NCBI RefSeq assembly: GCF_018350175.1
Contig: NC_058368.1
Coordinates: 69,690,001-69,754,000 of the forward strand
DNA from: Felis catus
Lineage: Eukaryota
Direction: 5' to 3'
Length of the DNA stretch: 64,000 nt
The number at the start of each line of letters is the position of its first letter. The stretch's first letter is position 1. This document shows positions 36,475 to 50,399 of this stretch, piece by piece. A program made the position numbers and the translations under genes. The notes under the pieces were generated by a model. That model was not told the origin of the DNA. It saw only the letters and a list, made by a program, of their open reading frames with translations, and made no database searches.

Positions 36475-37140
36475 AATCATAGGAATTCCTCAAAAAATTA
36501 AATCTAGATTTCCCATGGCACCCAACAGTGTCCAATCCTAGCTGTATGTTCAGAAGAATTGAGAGAAACGGACCCAGACAGATACTTCTACACCCACGCT
36601 CATAGCATCGTTATTCACGGGAGCCAAAAGGTTTGGTTTGGAAGGAACCCTGTGCCCTCTGATGCGTGAACCATTAATGGATAAACAAAATGTGGTACAT
36701 CATACAACGGAATAATATCCTTAAAAAGGAAGGGCATGCTAGGGGCGCCTGAGTGGTTTAGTCAGGTCAGCATCTGACTCTTTGTTTCGGCTCGGGTCAT
36801 GATCTTGAGGTTTGTGAGTTCAAGCCCCGTGCCGGGCTCCAAACTGACAGCACGGAGCCTGCTTGGGATCTTCTCACTCCCCCGCACTTTCTCTCTCTCT
36901 CTCTCCCTCACACTAAATAAACTTTAAAAAGGAAGGATATGCTGATACATGCTACAACACAGATGCACCTTAAAGACATGCTAAATGAAATAAAAACCAG
37001 AACAGTGTACAATTCCACTCATGAGCTACTTAGGGCAATCAGATTCAGAGAGACAGAAAATAAAATGGAGGTTGCCAACGCCTGGGGTTGAGGAAACAGC
37101 TAGTGTTCGGCTGTCCAGAGTTGGGCAAGATGAAAGGTGG
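36475..37140 (+). mobile_element. Old L1 3' fragment interrupted by a SINE
   Basis: atggataaacaaaatgtggtacat...gacatgctaaatgaaataa...cagagagacagaaa. Confidence 0.75.
36742..36925 (+). mobile_element. Can-SINE nested in L1
   Basis: Flanking aaaaggaagg..atgct duplication. Confidence 0.88.
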
Positions 37141-37145
37141 GGATG

Positions 37146-37360
37146 GGGGCGCCTGGGTGGCTCAAGTCGGTTGAGCAGCCGACTTCAGCCCATCTTGATC
37201 TCATGGCTTGTGAGTTCGAGCCCCACATCAGGCTCTGTGCTGACAGCTCAGAGCCTGGAGCCTGCTTCGGATTCTGTGGGTGTCTCTCTCTCCACGCCTC
37301 CCTAGCTCACGCTCGCGCTCTCTCTCGCTCTCTCTCTCAAAAATAAATAAACATTAAAAA
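37146..37360 (+). mobile_element. Can-SINE
   Basis: Full length with aaaataaataaacattaaaaa tail. Confidence 0.9.
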
Positions 37361-37381
37361 ACATTTAAAGACTAAAGCCCA

Positions 37382-37550
37382 GGGGCGCCTGGATGCCTCA
37401 GTTGGTTAAGTGTCCGACTTTGGCTCAGATCATGATCTCGTGGTTTGTGGATGTGAGCCCTGCATCAGGCTCTGTGCTGACAGCTCAGAGCCTGGAGCTG
37501 CTTCGGATTCTGTGTCTCCCTCTCTCTCTGCTCCTCCCCCACTCATGCTC
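37382..37550 (+). mobile_element. 3'-truncated Can-SINE
   Basis: Head intact; stops at ccccactcatgctc with no tail. Confidence 0.85.
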
Positions 37551-38824
37551 GAGCGGTGCCTTTTCGAGGTGCCTTTTCCTGGGAATGCAGACCGCACGGT
37601 GCACACATTCCACTTTCTACCATGTTCCTCATTCTTGGAGCCTCTTTCATTTCCCATTATTGTTTCCCCATATCGCCCAGCTGCTCCGTGAGGTCGATGG
37701 GGCTCCCGACTGAAGCCATGGGAGGTGAAAACAGACTCGTTACCTTTTTAAGTGACCCAGGAGGGGATGCGGTTGGCCATCATGCCAATCAGCCGGATGC
37801 CGTGGTTTTCCCCTGACGTGGAGGCCTGCGGTGGTTAAGCTCCTTGCTTCTCTGGCCTGGTTTGAATTTGGGACCGTGTTGGGAAATGCTAGAGAGGAGC
37901 CCTGAGGTTGGGCAGCCTGTGTCCTGAGCTCATCACACACCTGAGTGCGTCCTGTACGCAGGGCGGGCGGGGACACCGCACCTCCCTCCACTCCCCAGAA
38001 ACGTACCTCAACGACAGGCAGTTTCTCCCAGCGTCCTCTCCCCTTGTGGTGGATGCAGGCCTTCGAACCTGGCATGAGCACACGTTCCACGTGGGTGTGC
38101 ACACACACATCCACGTCTGCCCTCCTGTCCTCTGTGCGCGTCGGCCCCTCCACACCTCCCCCCACCCGAAGTAGACATCTGTAGGCTGTTTCCCACGTTG
38201 TACATAAGGAAGGGATCTGATTTCTATGTTATTTCCCAAGATAAGGCTGACTGCAGACCACGCCTGCAGTTATCTTATGGAGTAATAATGACTGTCCCCC
38301 AGGCGTTGTTCACAATTGCCTAATCCTTACCAGACCAGTCCCGTGGGGAGGTCTCCTGTCTTCACCGTAGGACATTTACTAGAGTCCGTGAAAACTGTTT
38401 TCCTTCTTCTAGAGCAAAATCAGCTGCCGTGCCTTTTCTTGTGGAACATTCTTGTGTGATGTATCCCGCTGCCTCCCAGGGTCCCTGCAGCGCTGAGTTT
38501 GGTTGTGAGCAGGAAGTCTGGGTTACAACCCTGTGTCAGGAATCCTGAGAGGCTTTACTCCAGCACAGTCCACCTGGCATCTCAGTTCCTCACGCACCTG
38601 CCTTAGTGCTTGGCCAGTCGTTTCTGTGCCTCTTAGTCTAGACTGGAGCTCAGGAATGGTGTTGGCTTGGTTGAATGCCTGATTGTTTGCTTGTCAACTG
38701 CTTCATAACTGGTTAAGGCTCATTTTTATTGTGGTTTCAAATCCTTTTGTGCCTCATCTTCCACAATGACTTTGAGATGGTTTACAAATGGAAAACAATG
38801 TAAGAAAAGGATAAAGACCTATAA

Positions 38825-39055
38825 AGCCACACTGTCCAATATGGCAGCTACTAGCCACTTAAAGCAATCTCAATTTAAAATAATCAAGGGGTTCCTGAGT
38901 GGGTCAGTTGGTTAAGTGTTCCTCCGACTCTTGATTTTGGCTCAGGTGGTGGTCTCACAGTGAGTTTGAGCCCCGCATTGGGCTCTGTGCTGACAGCATG
39001 GAGCCTGCTTGGGAGTCTCTCCCTCTCTCACTGCCCCCTGCCCTGCTCGCGCGCG

Positions 39056-39090
<35 letters not shown>

Positions 39091-39280
39091 TCTCTCTCTC
39101 TCTCAAAATAAATAAACAGATTTGAATAATCTAATAAATTAAAGATTCATTTTCTCAGTAACACTGGCCACATTTCAAGGCTCATTAGCCACATGTGGCT
39201 AGTGGCTATCATATTGGATGGCAGATATAAAACACGTCTTCGTCATCACAGAGAAAGATCTTTTGGACAATATTGGTCTA
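38825..39280. mobile_element. MER3/MER33-like DNA transposon split by a SINE
   Basis: ctgtccaata...ctagccac / tagccacatgtggctagtggcta...ttggaca. Confidence 0.65.
38887..39118 (+). mobile_element. Can-SINE containing (CG)n(CA)n
   Basis: gggctctgtgctgacagcatggagcctgcttggga; aaaataaataaa tail. Confidence 0.88.
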
Positions 39281-39664
39281 AAAATGAAGAAGAAATAGTA
39301 CACATTACTATAAGAAACACAGGCCCTTGGACACAAGTTGCTGAAAATATCTATAAAACAAATGCGTGAAAATGCCTTGGTTTGGTTCACGGTAAATCTC
39401 GAGTAATAAGTTCATTTAGGTCATGTCTCCAAGGGTCAAGGATTGATCTTTTGTAAAGCAGAAGAGGGTCTGGCAAATGTGGATGGACAGTGCTTTTACA
39501 AAGTCTGATTCACGTGCGGAGTCGTGGCATTAATATTAATAATCAAGTACCATTAATGCGCATTTACTGTGCGTAGACTCTTGAGACACCTGGTACTGTT
39601 GTAAAGTTGGTGTTATTGATAAAAATTAAAATGACCACCAGGATTTTCCCATTCGATCTTCAAA

Positions 39665-39885
39665 ACCAAGTTGACCAACCCTTGGCCAGATCTGGCCTGC
39701 TACCTGTTCCTGCTAATAAAGTTTTTTTGGAACATAGCCACACGCGTTTTTGTTTTTTTGTTTTTTTTTTTACCCATTGTCTATGGCTGCCTTTCACAGG
39801 TGAATACTCATGACACAGACTGTGTGGCCTGAAAAGCCTATGGTATTTACTGTCTGGCCCTTTATTAAAATTTGTTGATCCTTGT
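39665..39885. mobile_element. MER58-like hAT fragment
   Basis: ggccagatctggcctgc...aataaagtttttttggaacatagccac...tatttactgtctggccctt. Confidence 0.7.
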
Positions 39886-40109
39886 TGAAAAACACTTCCC
39901 TAGGTGTAGGTGTTATTCCCATTGTATGATTGGGAACATAAGGCCCAGAGAGGTGAGACCCCCGACATACAACCCATAAGTGACAGAGGTACAACTTGAA
40001 CTTGGGTCTGATCTGATCCTCAGCTTGTGGCTTTGCAGCTGTGTTGTTGAGGCACAAGGCTTTACACCTGGAAAGTGGCTGAGAGTGCATCTGCTGTGGA
40101 TTCCTCATT

Positions 40110-40323
40110 CTCTCTCTCTTTCTTTAATGTTTATTTATTTATTTAGAGAGTGCCTGAGCAGGGGGGCAGGGCAGAGAGAGAGAGAGGGAGAGAGAATCCT
40201 AAGCAGGCTCTGCACCGTCCGCACAGAGCCTGACATGGGACTTGATCTCACAAACCATGAGATTACCACCTGAGCTGAAATTGAGAGTCAGTCACTTACC
40301 CAGCTGAGCCACCCAGGTGCCCC
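40110..40323 (-). mobile_element. Can-SINE
   Basis: Flanking gattcctcattc duplication. Confidence 0.9.
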
Positions 40324-41599
40324 AGATTCCTCATTCGTCACAGGAGAAAAGGAGAGTGTGGCTTGCTCTGGGCCACACAGCAGGAACCCGGCAGAGCCCC
40401 AGCCAGCACCTGTGCCCCCAACCCTTGCATCCTTTCTTTCTGCTCCTGGCTTTGGGATGTCAGCTGTGCTCACCAAGAGGTCCTTCTGCTCCGGACACCC
40501 TCCTGTGCTGTTCTCTCAAAAGGGGCAGGAAGTACATGGCATCTGGCCAACACTGGCCCTGTGATGGCTTTGTCTACAGGAATATCACCTGTAGGGCTCA
40601 AATCTGAGAAAATGGATTCAGATTTTTTTCTAATCCACCAAGAGACTATTTAATGGTGAAGTGGCCACCACTGAGATGGTAATATCCGAGGTGACTCCTG
40701 TGGAATTTAGCTGTGTCGCAGCATATCCTCGGAGCCTCTCTGTCTGCTCCCAAGGGGTTGCAACAGAAACAACAGCAAGGCTCCTTCCAAGCCCTTATAC
40801 ACTTTGTTCCGTCCGCACGGTGCAAAGAGGCAGGTTCGGATGAGGGGACTCAGCCTCGGTCAATAGGGTGGATGGACAGCCTGCCCAGGTGGGAGAGTTA
40901 ACGCTGGACTTGAACCCAGGCAGCATGGCCTCCAGGTCCTGCCCTCCATATCTTACTCAACCGCCTCTTAACCTTGTCCTTGGATTTGCTGACAGGGCCT
41001 TCTGCCCCCTCCCTGTGGAATTTCGCAGAGGCCTCAGTTTCGCACCAACTGTGCTGACTATTTACTGAGGGAACAAGAGGAGGAAGGAGAGTAGACCTTC
41101 CTCCACAGGCTACCTTTTCTCAAACCACATGGGCTGTCGGGCATGGTTCTCTTCAACAAGCGTAAACTGCTAACTGCCTCCTTTTTCCTCTTTGGGTCTC
41201 AGGGAAGCTTTTCTATTTGCTTGCTCATTAACACATATATGTGACGTGCTAGGAACTTTTGAGGACCCGTATTTCACTACTCCCCGTGGTGTCTGGGAAA
41301 TCTTGAGCGGTGGTGTTTTTGGCTCTGGCTGAATCGGACACAAGGTGGGTACACGGCTATGGGACCCTAGAGCAGAGAGCATCATCCGTGGCATCTCCTT
41401 CGCTCTGGTTTAGGCCAATAGAGATGCTAAGACCATTACTATCTGAGACGAGGCTCCTTCTGTATGTTACCGTCAGGAGGACTTTATTTTATCTCTTTGA
41501 TTGAAAAAAAAAAAGAATAGAGGTCGCTTGCCGATTTTGTTGGTGAGAGTTTTGGCTAACGTGAACTGAACATTCCCTGTGTTCCAGACACTGTTAAAT

Positions 41600-41775
41600 G
41601 CTGCTCGTGTATCATGTCTTTTAATATTTACAAGCACATCATTAGGTAGATACTGTTGTTATCGCCTTACCTCACAGGTGAGGAAATGAGGCACAGAGAG
41701 GGTGAGTTGCTTGGCAGATGTCACACAGCTGGTTAAGGGCACGACTGGATTTTGAAACCAGCTGGTCTGCTGTCA
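41600..41775. mobile_element. MIR fragment
   Basis: acaggtgaggaaatgaggcacagagagggtgagttgcttggc...gtcacacagctgg. Confidence 0.7.
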
Positions 41776-41981
41776 CTATGCCGTTAGCACCAGAGGCTTG
41801 AGGCGTAACGTTTAGAGGGGAAGAACTCCAAAGAAGCTGGTTCGTTGCTGTTCACTTGTAACTAACCTGAGAACAACTTCTGGCCCCCGGGAAACCCCAG
41901 CCCCAGGCATGATCTGAAATAGCCCCTGCCTGCCCCCCTGTGCTGCTCATGCTGTTCAGGCTGTTCCTGGCCACACACATG

Positions 41982-42022
<41 letters not shown>

Positions 42023-42500
42023 ACACGTGATGGGGTAAAGATGTGACCCACTCTTTTCCTTCCCAGTCACACATTTGGGGCTCTGGTGGCAGGGCCATCT
42101 CTCCACTTCAGAACCTTGAGCTGTGTGTGTGTGAATCCCCGTGTCCACAGACTTGGACAAATATTTATTGCGTCCCTATTATAAATCAGTCATTCTCCTC
42201 AATGTTCAGTGAACAAAACACGACACAGTTATCACTCTCCTAGAGCTTGTATTCTGGTTTCATCCTTCGCTCTGTTCTGTGTCAAGGAGGCAGCCAGACC
42301 AGCCGGATAAGATTTGAAAGGGGTATCCTTGTGGGGGGGTGGGTACTTAAGAGCGCTTGCTCTCTTTCCTACTTAGGCCAAGCCAAGAGATCAGGGGGCC
42401 TCTGACCCTTTTCTCAGAACAGAAATCCCTGTCCATATTCTAGAGGTGTTAAAAATGATAGCTTTAAGACTGGCCACATTGCTATGAGAAGGCACCTTGT

Positions 42501-42740
42501 GGGGCACCTGGGTGGCTCAGTTGGTTGAGCGACCGACTTCGGCTCAGGTCATGATCTCACGGTTTGTGAGTTCAAGCCCTGCATCGGGCTCTCCACTGAC
42601 AGCTCGTGGCCTGGAGCCCTGCTTCGGGTTCTGTGTCTCCCTCTCTCTCTGCCCCTCCCCCTCTCATGCTCTGTGTCTCTCTGTCTCAGAAATAAATAAA
42701 CATTAAAAAAAATTTTTTTAATTAAATAATAAAAAAAAAG
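42501..42740 (+). mobile_element. Can-SINE
   Basis: Full length; flanking gcaccttg duplication. Confidence 0.92.
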
Positions 42741-42974
42741 CACCTTGCATTTCTACAACATCTTACAAAACACTGTCTATTAAGTTGTCTCATTTGACAA
42801 AACAACCTTGTTGCCTTATGCCCATCTTCCACCCACCTCCCACGGAAAATGAGCTCTGAAAGTTGGTTGGTATAAAACCAGGTAGGACTACACCCCATTT
42901 CTTGCTTTCCCTGGAGCCCATGAACCTGGGGGCAGGGAGGTAGCTGTAAACGTGTTCTCTTTCTATCTAGAACG

Positions 42975-43170
42975 ATGCTGTCAAGTAGCACTTTCGGCAG
43001 TGATGGAAATACTCTGTGTCTGCGTTGTTCAGTAATAGCCACTGGCCGCATGTGGCTGGTGAGCACTTCACATAGGGCTCGTATGGGTGAGGAATTGAAT
43101 TTTAAAAGTTCATTTTAAGCGGAGTTAAGATGTAAGCAGCCATATGTGGATACTATACTGGGTGGCACAG
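42975..43170. mobile_element. MER3-like DNA transposon fragment
   Basis: gtgatggaaatactctg...tagccactggccgcatgtggct. Confidence 0.6.
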
Positions 43171-46100
43171 TTTTAGAGGCTCTAAAGGGGAAAGGACTCT
43201 GGAGTGGAAGATAGGAGAATGCAGCCTTCCTTTCCAGTCATGCGTGAGTGTCACAGCACCTGACGTTCCTCTCCATCCACTTCCCTGGAATTCAGAATCT
43301 TCGAGATCGTTGTCAAAAGGCAAGACTCGGGGTGGTTCTCTGAGCGCCGCCCCCCGACCCTTCAGCAAAATCAGGCTACTTCTTGTGTGTCACAGCTTTA
43401 GTTTGACGATTTTCATTGGTTTAAAAAAATAAGACCATGCAAAAAGTGTTTAAAACCATTGCTGTCAAGGTAAACAGCAGTGAAACTCATTGGAGACAAG
43501 GCAGTGTGGTCTACCTAGAAAACAGCCTGGAAGCATAGGCAATGGAGGAAAGTTTTGAAAAATTAGCATAAACAATGGAACAGAATTTATGGGGTATACC
43601 TGTATACCATGGGGGGGGGGGTCACTTACACACTTATTTATATAAATTTAAGTTTAAAATTTTATGTTTGACTCAAAGCCAAGAAAGACACTACAAGGAC
43701 ACTGAATTCATTATATTCTGCCCCAGCTGGCTTTCCACTGTCCACCCAGGGTTCCAGGGACAATGATGTTGGTGACTGTTTCCTGTTAACCCATGAGTAG
43801 CATGACATGTTCTCAGTCACATGTGGGAGCTAGTTTTCCCTGAATTATCTGCCTTGTTCCTGACTGGACAGCCCCTTGTGCTTTGAGACCAAGCTGCTCT
43901 CCTAGAAAAAGGAAAACAGGTTTTCCAATCACCTGAACCGCAGGCGGGTTTCTGCTGGAAAGCACTTGAGAGCGAACATTCTCCAGGCCGCTGATGAGTT
44001 TTAAATGGCTTTTCTGTTCCCCTGCATTTTCATGTGTGGCTCATGAACAGGACTGAACCCAGGTGACCACTTCAGGTCTCATCTGGGTGCTATCAAGCCT
44101 GCCCGTGAGTGGGGCTGTGACTTGTGCTCCTCTTATTAAACGGGACCTGGCCTTAAACCCAGAAGAAAAGCTGATGTAAGCATCCTAGCATTGTAACTGA
44201 CGGGCATGATGTCGCCAAGAACGGGAGGCATCTGCCAGCTGAAGGTACCGCTCAGAGAGTGAATCCCTTATCTGTAGCTACCAAAGGGAAACACTCAAGC
44301 GCCACGTGCCTAGTGAGGATGCCTCCGGCCCGAACGTCTTTCTGGGGATGTGAATTAAAATTCAAATGAATTGGATTTTCTTCTCCAGGGATCTCAAAGG
44401 ATATTGGAGTCCATCAAAGAATATTGAAATCAACATAGATTACCTGTGGCTAATATATATGTTAGATGTGTGTAGTATATATAATATATAAACATAATGA
44501 ATAGATAAAAAGATAAATATCTAAATATTAGGTATATGATATAAATATAAATACAATGTATTACCCTGGCTAAATTGTTTGCGTTGAACCCAGCCACCCT
44601 CCCTCACCCACACGTTCATGGAAGACGTGTCTTTATTCTTTTGCTTATTTATACATTATCTTTCTACTTACACGTATACACAAATACATGTGATCACAGA
44701 CCGTTTTCATTTAAGATCCTAGAAACCACAGGGACTAGTAAGAGCAAAGATGTGATGTCTGATTTGCAAATGAGGCCTGAGAATGAGGCTCACAAAAGTT
44801 CAGTCCATCCTGCGGGGTCAGGGAGCGCCCAGACACAGAGTGAGGTGGGAGAGCCGCCCCCTTCCCCCCCAGCTCCAATCGGCAGTTGGCTTTATGTTTC
44901 AGTCTAATGAGATGATGCTCCATTTGTCGGGAGGAGAAGGGAAGGGCTGTTTGGTGAACATGTTTGCGTTTATACTAGGCTACTCGAAATGCCCAGTGGG
45001 TCAGTCACTACCTGCTTTCCATGGTAAAGAATCTCAGACACTCGACTGAAGCCAGGCCTGATGTCCCGCTCCCCAGAAAACACTCACAGTTGGGAGATGG
45101 CATCCTGGGGTGCATAGTACCATGTGGGATAGCTGGGGGTTGTATCACCAATGCATGAGACCGTGGACACGCTGTAGACTGTCCTAGGGTTCCATGAAGA
45201 TTTCATGTTGACCCGGGATTGGGGGTGGGAAGGAGGGGAGCAGAGTGGTGATCTCTCCCATTGGCCTTGCCCACCTGCACCTACTGCCAGTGTTGTATTT
45301 CCTGACAGAGTCAAAGCCCTCAGGTGCAAGGGCTCCTCGTGCCCCTTGGAGACAGCCTCGTTATTGGTCTCTCCCACAGAGAACTGGCCCTTCTAGCCTT
45401 TTCCTCCTCTTCATGGTCTGTCTGCTTTGGAGTTAGTGACCAGCTCACATAGTCGTGAGTGAAGTGTCTACCGAGGGGCAGGAAGACTTGGGAGATTCAT
45501 GGTGGGGGGTGTGGGGGTGTGTTGGGCGCAGCGCTGAGCTAACGTGTCGTTGCTCCAGGGAGTGTATTAATCATGGTGCGCAGGGCAGAATTTAGCTTCT
45601 GGGAAGCTTCTGAGTACATGGGTTTCCAAAGTGAAATTGTCAAAAGAATTTTCAGCTTTGTTGCCGCGCGGTAATTACACGGACAACAACTATGTGGCCC
45701 TGTCTTCTAAACAAGGACCCTTTTCTTGTGAGGTTAACATCCAGAGGATGTTCTGGAAGAATTATAATTACTTTTTTCATGTTCTTAATAATAAAATGAC
45801 CTTTTAGTTCTGAATAACAAAGCAAATGCTTTGAACTTGTGGATTTGGTGGCATTAACATGCAAAGGAAGTAAAAACATGACAGTATTTCTATAGGAAGC
45901 GGCAGTTTTGGTTTGCCCTATTCCCATGGACTGGCGCCATGTTCTGGAACCACACAGGGGTTGGGACTGGCCATGTGTGCTACTGGGGGGGAGGTCTCGG
46001 GAGGTGGGCAGTGCTGCCTGGACTGGATGCATTGACTTCTGGGGTCCCAGCCTGCTGTCCCCACACCACCTAGAGCTGGCCCTGTTTGAATTTATCCACA

Positions 46101-47927
46101 TCACTGTCTTCCCCGGGGCACAGGGCACTGATAAGGGGAACCCAGGGCTATTTCTAAAATGAAAGTAAAGATGCCAAAGACAGAGAAACAGGACTCTGCC
46201 AGCCAGCTGATGCGGGAAAATGTCCCCTTGAGTTTGGGGCTTTAACGTCAGTACATTTTCTTTTAACAGTAGGCAAAAGAAGGACGTGCAGCCAATAAAA
46301 TCTGACTTACACCACATGCTCCACCCCACCCCCCATGTCGCTTCCCAGCACTTCATTTTCCCTTGGGCGTTATCTGCGAGAAAGAGGAAATTGCTTGTTA
46401 TTAATAAAGCCCCCCAGTTCTCCCCTTGCCCATCCAATCCGGAGGACTCTGGCTAAAATATCTAAATTATGTCCTTTGAACTAACTAAAGACCTTCCTTA
46501 GCTGCATTTGTCCAATGGTATGCCCATTTGAAAGTTTTGGGGTCACTTACATAAGTTTCAGGTCATATCTACATACCCACAAATCGAGTTTCAATTGTGC
46601 CTTGCCTTCTCTTATTAATGTGTGGCATTTAGTCAAAATCAGGACATTCTGGCTCAGTAGCTTTTTTTGTTCAGGTGTTGGAGAGGGGTGGGGGGGGAGC
46701 AGCGGGGAAAGGGAAGGGGAGCTTTCCAGCTCCTTCCAGGGCATCACGTGATGGTGAAGGTGCAGGCTTGAAGGAGGGGTTCTATAGAGCAGAAAGCTTC
46801 CGTTTGAGGCCAGAGCTCCCTTCTCCAAGTGTATAAGGAAGAGAGCTAAAAGTAGGCACACATCAGGATCAACAGAATGGCCAAACAATAAACTTCTCAA
46901 TAGAGATTGGATTAATAACCATTTGCTAAAATTCCGGAGATGCCTCCACCCTGCGGTTGACAGGGCAGAATAATATGCGGTGATTAGCAATAGACTGAGC
47001 ACCGTCTCTAAAGCAGAGCCTGGGTTTAAGTCTGTCACTTAAACATTCTCCGGTGACCCCATTTTGGGAGGAATTTGATCCACTGGGTGGGGGGGGATAG
47101 GAGAGACAGACAAGGGAGGATACCTGAGGTTCCCGGCTTGAGCAGGGGGCGGGGAGGGGGGGGCAGAACAGTTACATCATCAAGGGGGTTAACATAGGAA
47201 GGGGATTGAGTTTGGGCAGTAAGATAATTAACTCTGGAACCTCTTCAGTTTGAGATACTTGCAGGGTCATTCATGTAGAACCCTCTGGTGGGTGTAAGAA
47301 ATACAGTCCCTGGGTCATTTGGACAAGGGGCATTTGGGTACAGATCTGGCATCATGCACAGAACCCGTGGGGAATCCAGGGATTATACAGGAAGAAGTAG
47401 GAAGTGAAGAGAGCACATAAGCACAGATGCGTTCCCAAAGAACACAGACCTCTCAGGAGTAGCCTGAAGAGGGGGAGGTGGCCACGAGGACTGAGAACTG
47501 ACCTCCAGAGGCCTCCCAAAGCTGGAGAGCCAAGTGCCTGGAGTTTGGGGCCCCCAGGCCCAGAGAAGCTGCCTAGGGGCAGGGTTTAGGCAATTAGGAG
47601 GTCGGTGGTATTCCTTCACAGAAGCACTTCAGGGAGTGGAGGACAGAATCCAGACTCAATTGGAAGAGGAGCAGTGATTAAGGCAATCTGCCAACACCCT
47701 TTGTTTGGGCAGCTGAGAGGAAGCAGAAGGATTGGGGAATTCTGTGCGGGGGGGGGGGAGGGGAAAGGAATACGATAAAGAAAGCGCCCAGAAGCCGAGG
47801 CCGACCCAGGCTGGGAGCATAAGTATGTTGTCTGTCCCTTTATTCCGGAACAGCTTTAACTACCCTGTGGGTCTGGGTGCTCTGTCTCCCTGGTGATCTA
47901 ATCTACGTGTCTGCTGAGTTAGAACCC

Positions 47928-47967
47928 GGGGAATGTATCATTTCACTGGGGAATGTATCATTTCACT
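47928..47967. repeat. Exact 20-bp tandem duplication
   Basis: (ggggaatgtatcatttcact) x2. Confidence 0.95.
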
Positions 47968-48174
47968 GCCTCCTGCGGGAAGCCCCGAACTGGGGCTCTC
48001 TCTTCTGACTGGAAGCCCGATGCCCGGATTTTTACTTTTTTTCTTTTTCATGCATCCCTCTCATTTAAGTTAGCTTCTAGCTCTCCTGAACAGTTCGTTT
48101 GAAGATATTAGCCATCAGTGGGTAAATTCACAGATACACACCAGTGCCATGGTTGGAGGGGTGTGGGCTGGACC

Positions 48175-48355
48175 CCCTGGACTCAAGTTCAGGCCCACGG
48201 TCTCACGATAGCTGACATTAGGCAAGCCGCGTGGTTTCTTTGTGCCTCGGTTTCTTCAGCTGTTTAATGGTGCTGATGATGGTACCTGCCTCATAAGGCC
48301 GTCATGAGGGGTAAATGAACTAGTGTTTATAATGTGCTCAGCACAGTGGACCGTG
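48175..48355. mobile_element. MIR fragment
   Basis: gtgcctcggtttcttcagctgt...ggtacctgcctcataagg. Confidence 0.65.
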
Positions 48356-49057
48356 CTTAATAACCACCTACCGTTACTGATATTCCTTTCCTCTCTGCTG
48401 CTTAAGCTCTTAGCTTATCAACATTGGCTACAGCCCAGAGCCATAAGAAATAAGAATACAGTATACCCAAAACTCTGCTGAAAGTGCCCACATCTTTGTC
48501 ATCTTTCACCCAGCATCTCTGGCTGGGGGGGAGTCTGGAACCTCCCTTCCCTGCCCCTCTCTGTACCTGGGACACCCATCCTGCCCACTTCTGCCCCTGT
48601 TCCCACCTCCACACGTGGGGCTCCTGTACCTCCTCAGTTATGTTTTTCTTTTCCCCAGGGCTGTCCACACAGCTCTTTGTCTGCTTTAAGCTAAGGGCTC
48701 TTGGGACCAGAAACCTTGTCTGTTAGTGATTTCCAAGCTCTTGTAATGACGCCCAAATCACCCAAGCGTGAATGGGGAAAAAACTTGAAATGAGACCAAA
48801 TTAACATGATAGCACAATGGTTCTTCCCTGTCTCTTTCGAAGTACAAGGGGAATTCTTTGCAGAAGAATGGGGTGATTTCATAGTCTCCTTCCGGCGCTA
48901 ACATTGTGTGACGCCCGGAGAAGGGAGAGGTACAAATAATAGGGGATTGGAAAGGAAGGCATAAAGCTTGCTGTTTTGTGATCTGAGGCCAGATGTTTTC
49001 CGGTTATGTTTCCACTGTTCATGCTTTTGTTTCCAACCCCTTTGCCTTTGCTTTCAG

Positions 49058-49139
49058 GGAAGGCCGCTCAAATGCCCACATCAGAGGGGATTACCAAAGA
49101 ATCGGAGATGTCCTACTGAAGAACATTCAGGGTATGAAG
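49058..49139 (+). CDS. FARP1: FARP1 exon L (DH; EGRSNAHIRGDYQRIGDVLLKNIQGMK)
   Basis: tttcag acceptor, AAG|gtgagc donor, 82 bp, follows an 18.6 kb intron. Confidence 0.95.
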
Positions 49140-50399
49140 GTGAGCTGCTTTGGGATTCCGGTGGAACGAGTTCCCTAGGGAAAACCAGGCTGGGCCTCCC
49201 GGAGGCCTGGGCTTCAATCCCAGTGCATAACCACACATGACCTGATTTGACTAAATACAGGTAAACGCAGGGTGAATTCCTCTGTCCTTGCAGACAATCG
49301 CGTTTGGAAGGAAAATGCAGCCCCTTTGGGAGAAGTACTTGTAGTACTTTTCCTCCTTAAAAGCTCTGTGCTGTAATCAAAACAATAGGTGTTATCTGAA
49401 TAAATCATTCAGCACTCATTTTAAAAAATGATGTAGACAAAACGTAGTTTGGTCGACTGAACATTGCACTTTTCATCAGTCGTTTTGGCTTCTTGTAAGT
49501 GTGACGAAAACATTGGGTTTAGAGCCAGGTAGGAATTCTAATCAATCGTATGACTTGAAGTCACTGTACCAGGCAAAGACATTTCTAACCAGCCAGCAAT
49601 ATCTGCAATGATACAAGAGTATACCACCAGACATATTGAACCAATATTCTACCTCATTTTTGAAATCTGCCCCATCTCTTAGCAGTGAAATTTTCATTTT
49701 TACATTTTCATCTTAATGCCTTTAATATAGAATATTTTAATTCACAGTTTACCTTTTGAAGACAAATACCTCTCTATTTACATTTTAAAGTGATCTTCCT
49801 ACATTTCAACTGGCCCAACAAAGCCTAATACCTTTACTAATAACTCAGAGCAACCCCTAAAGAAGGAAGGTTGCTCCTGCTACCATTTCCCCCCATCCAA
49901 CCAACCATCCACCCACCCCCCCATCCCTCCCTCCAGGATTAGCTGAGCACCCACAATGTGTAAGACGCTTGTACAATAAAAGTTACTGTTGGAGTTTGAA
50001 TTCCCAAGAATCTTACTAAGTTGTTTAAGGCTTTATTTTTCCCCCTTAGAATGATCTATCTCATGAGGCAGGACAAGGGGATGGTGGGGTGGGGGGTGGT
50101 ACACAGAAAAGACAAGATCTAAAGCCACTCCAGAGCTTTCCTGTTTCTCTTAACAAAGATCAAGATACTATTTAACAGGCCTTGAGCACACTTTTTTACA
50201 GTCTTCAAAAAGCAACACTGCCCTCTGGGCAAGACAAGAGAGAGGCCATGAAAGCTATCCGGATTGCAGAATCCCATGCAATAAATGCAAAGAATTATCT
50301 AAGATGTTCTACAGCCACGGTGTTTTTAATGCTTTAAGTAAGGCTGATCCACAAAACTCAGATGTAACAGTAACAGACCTCCTTGTGCTTTCCATAGTA

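Noticed and set aside
45652..46437. 261-aa minus-strand ORF
   Set aside because: No recognisable domain, unnatural composition and no supporting gene structure.
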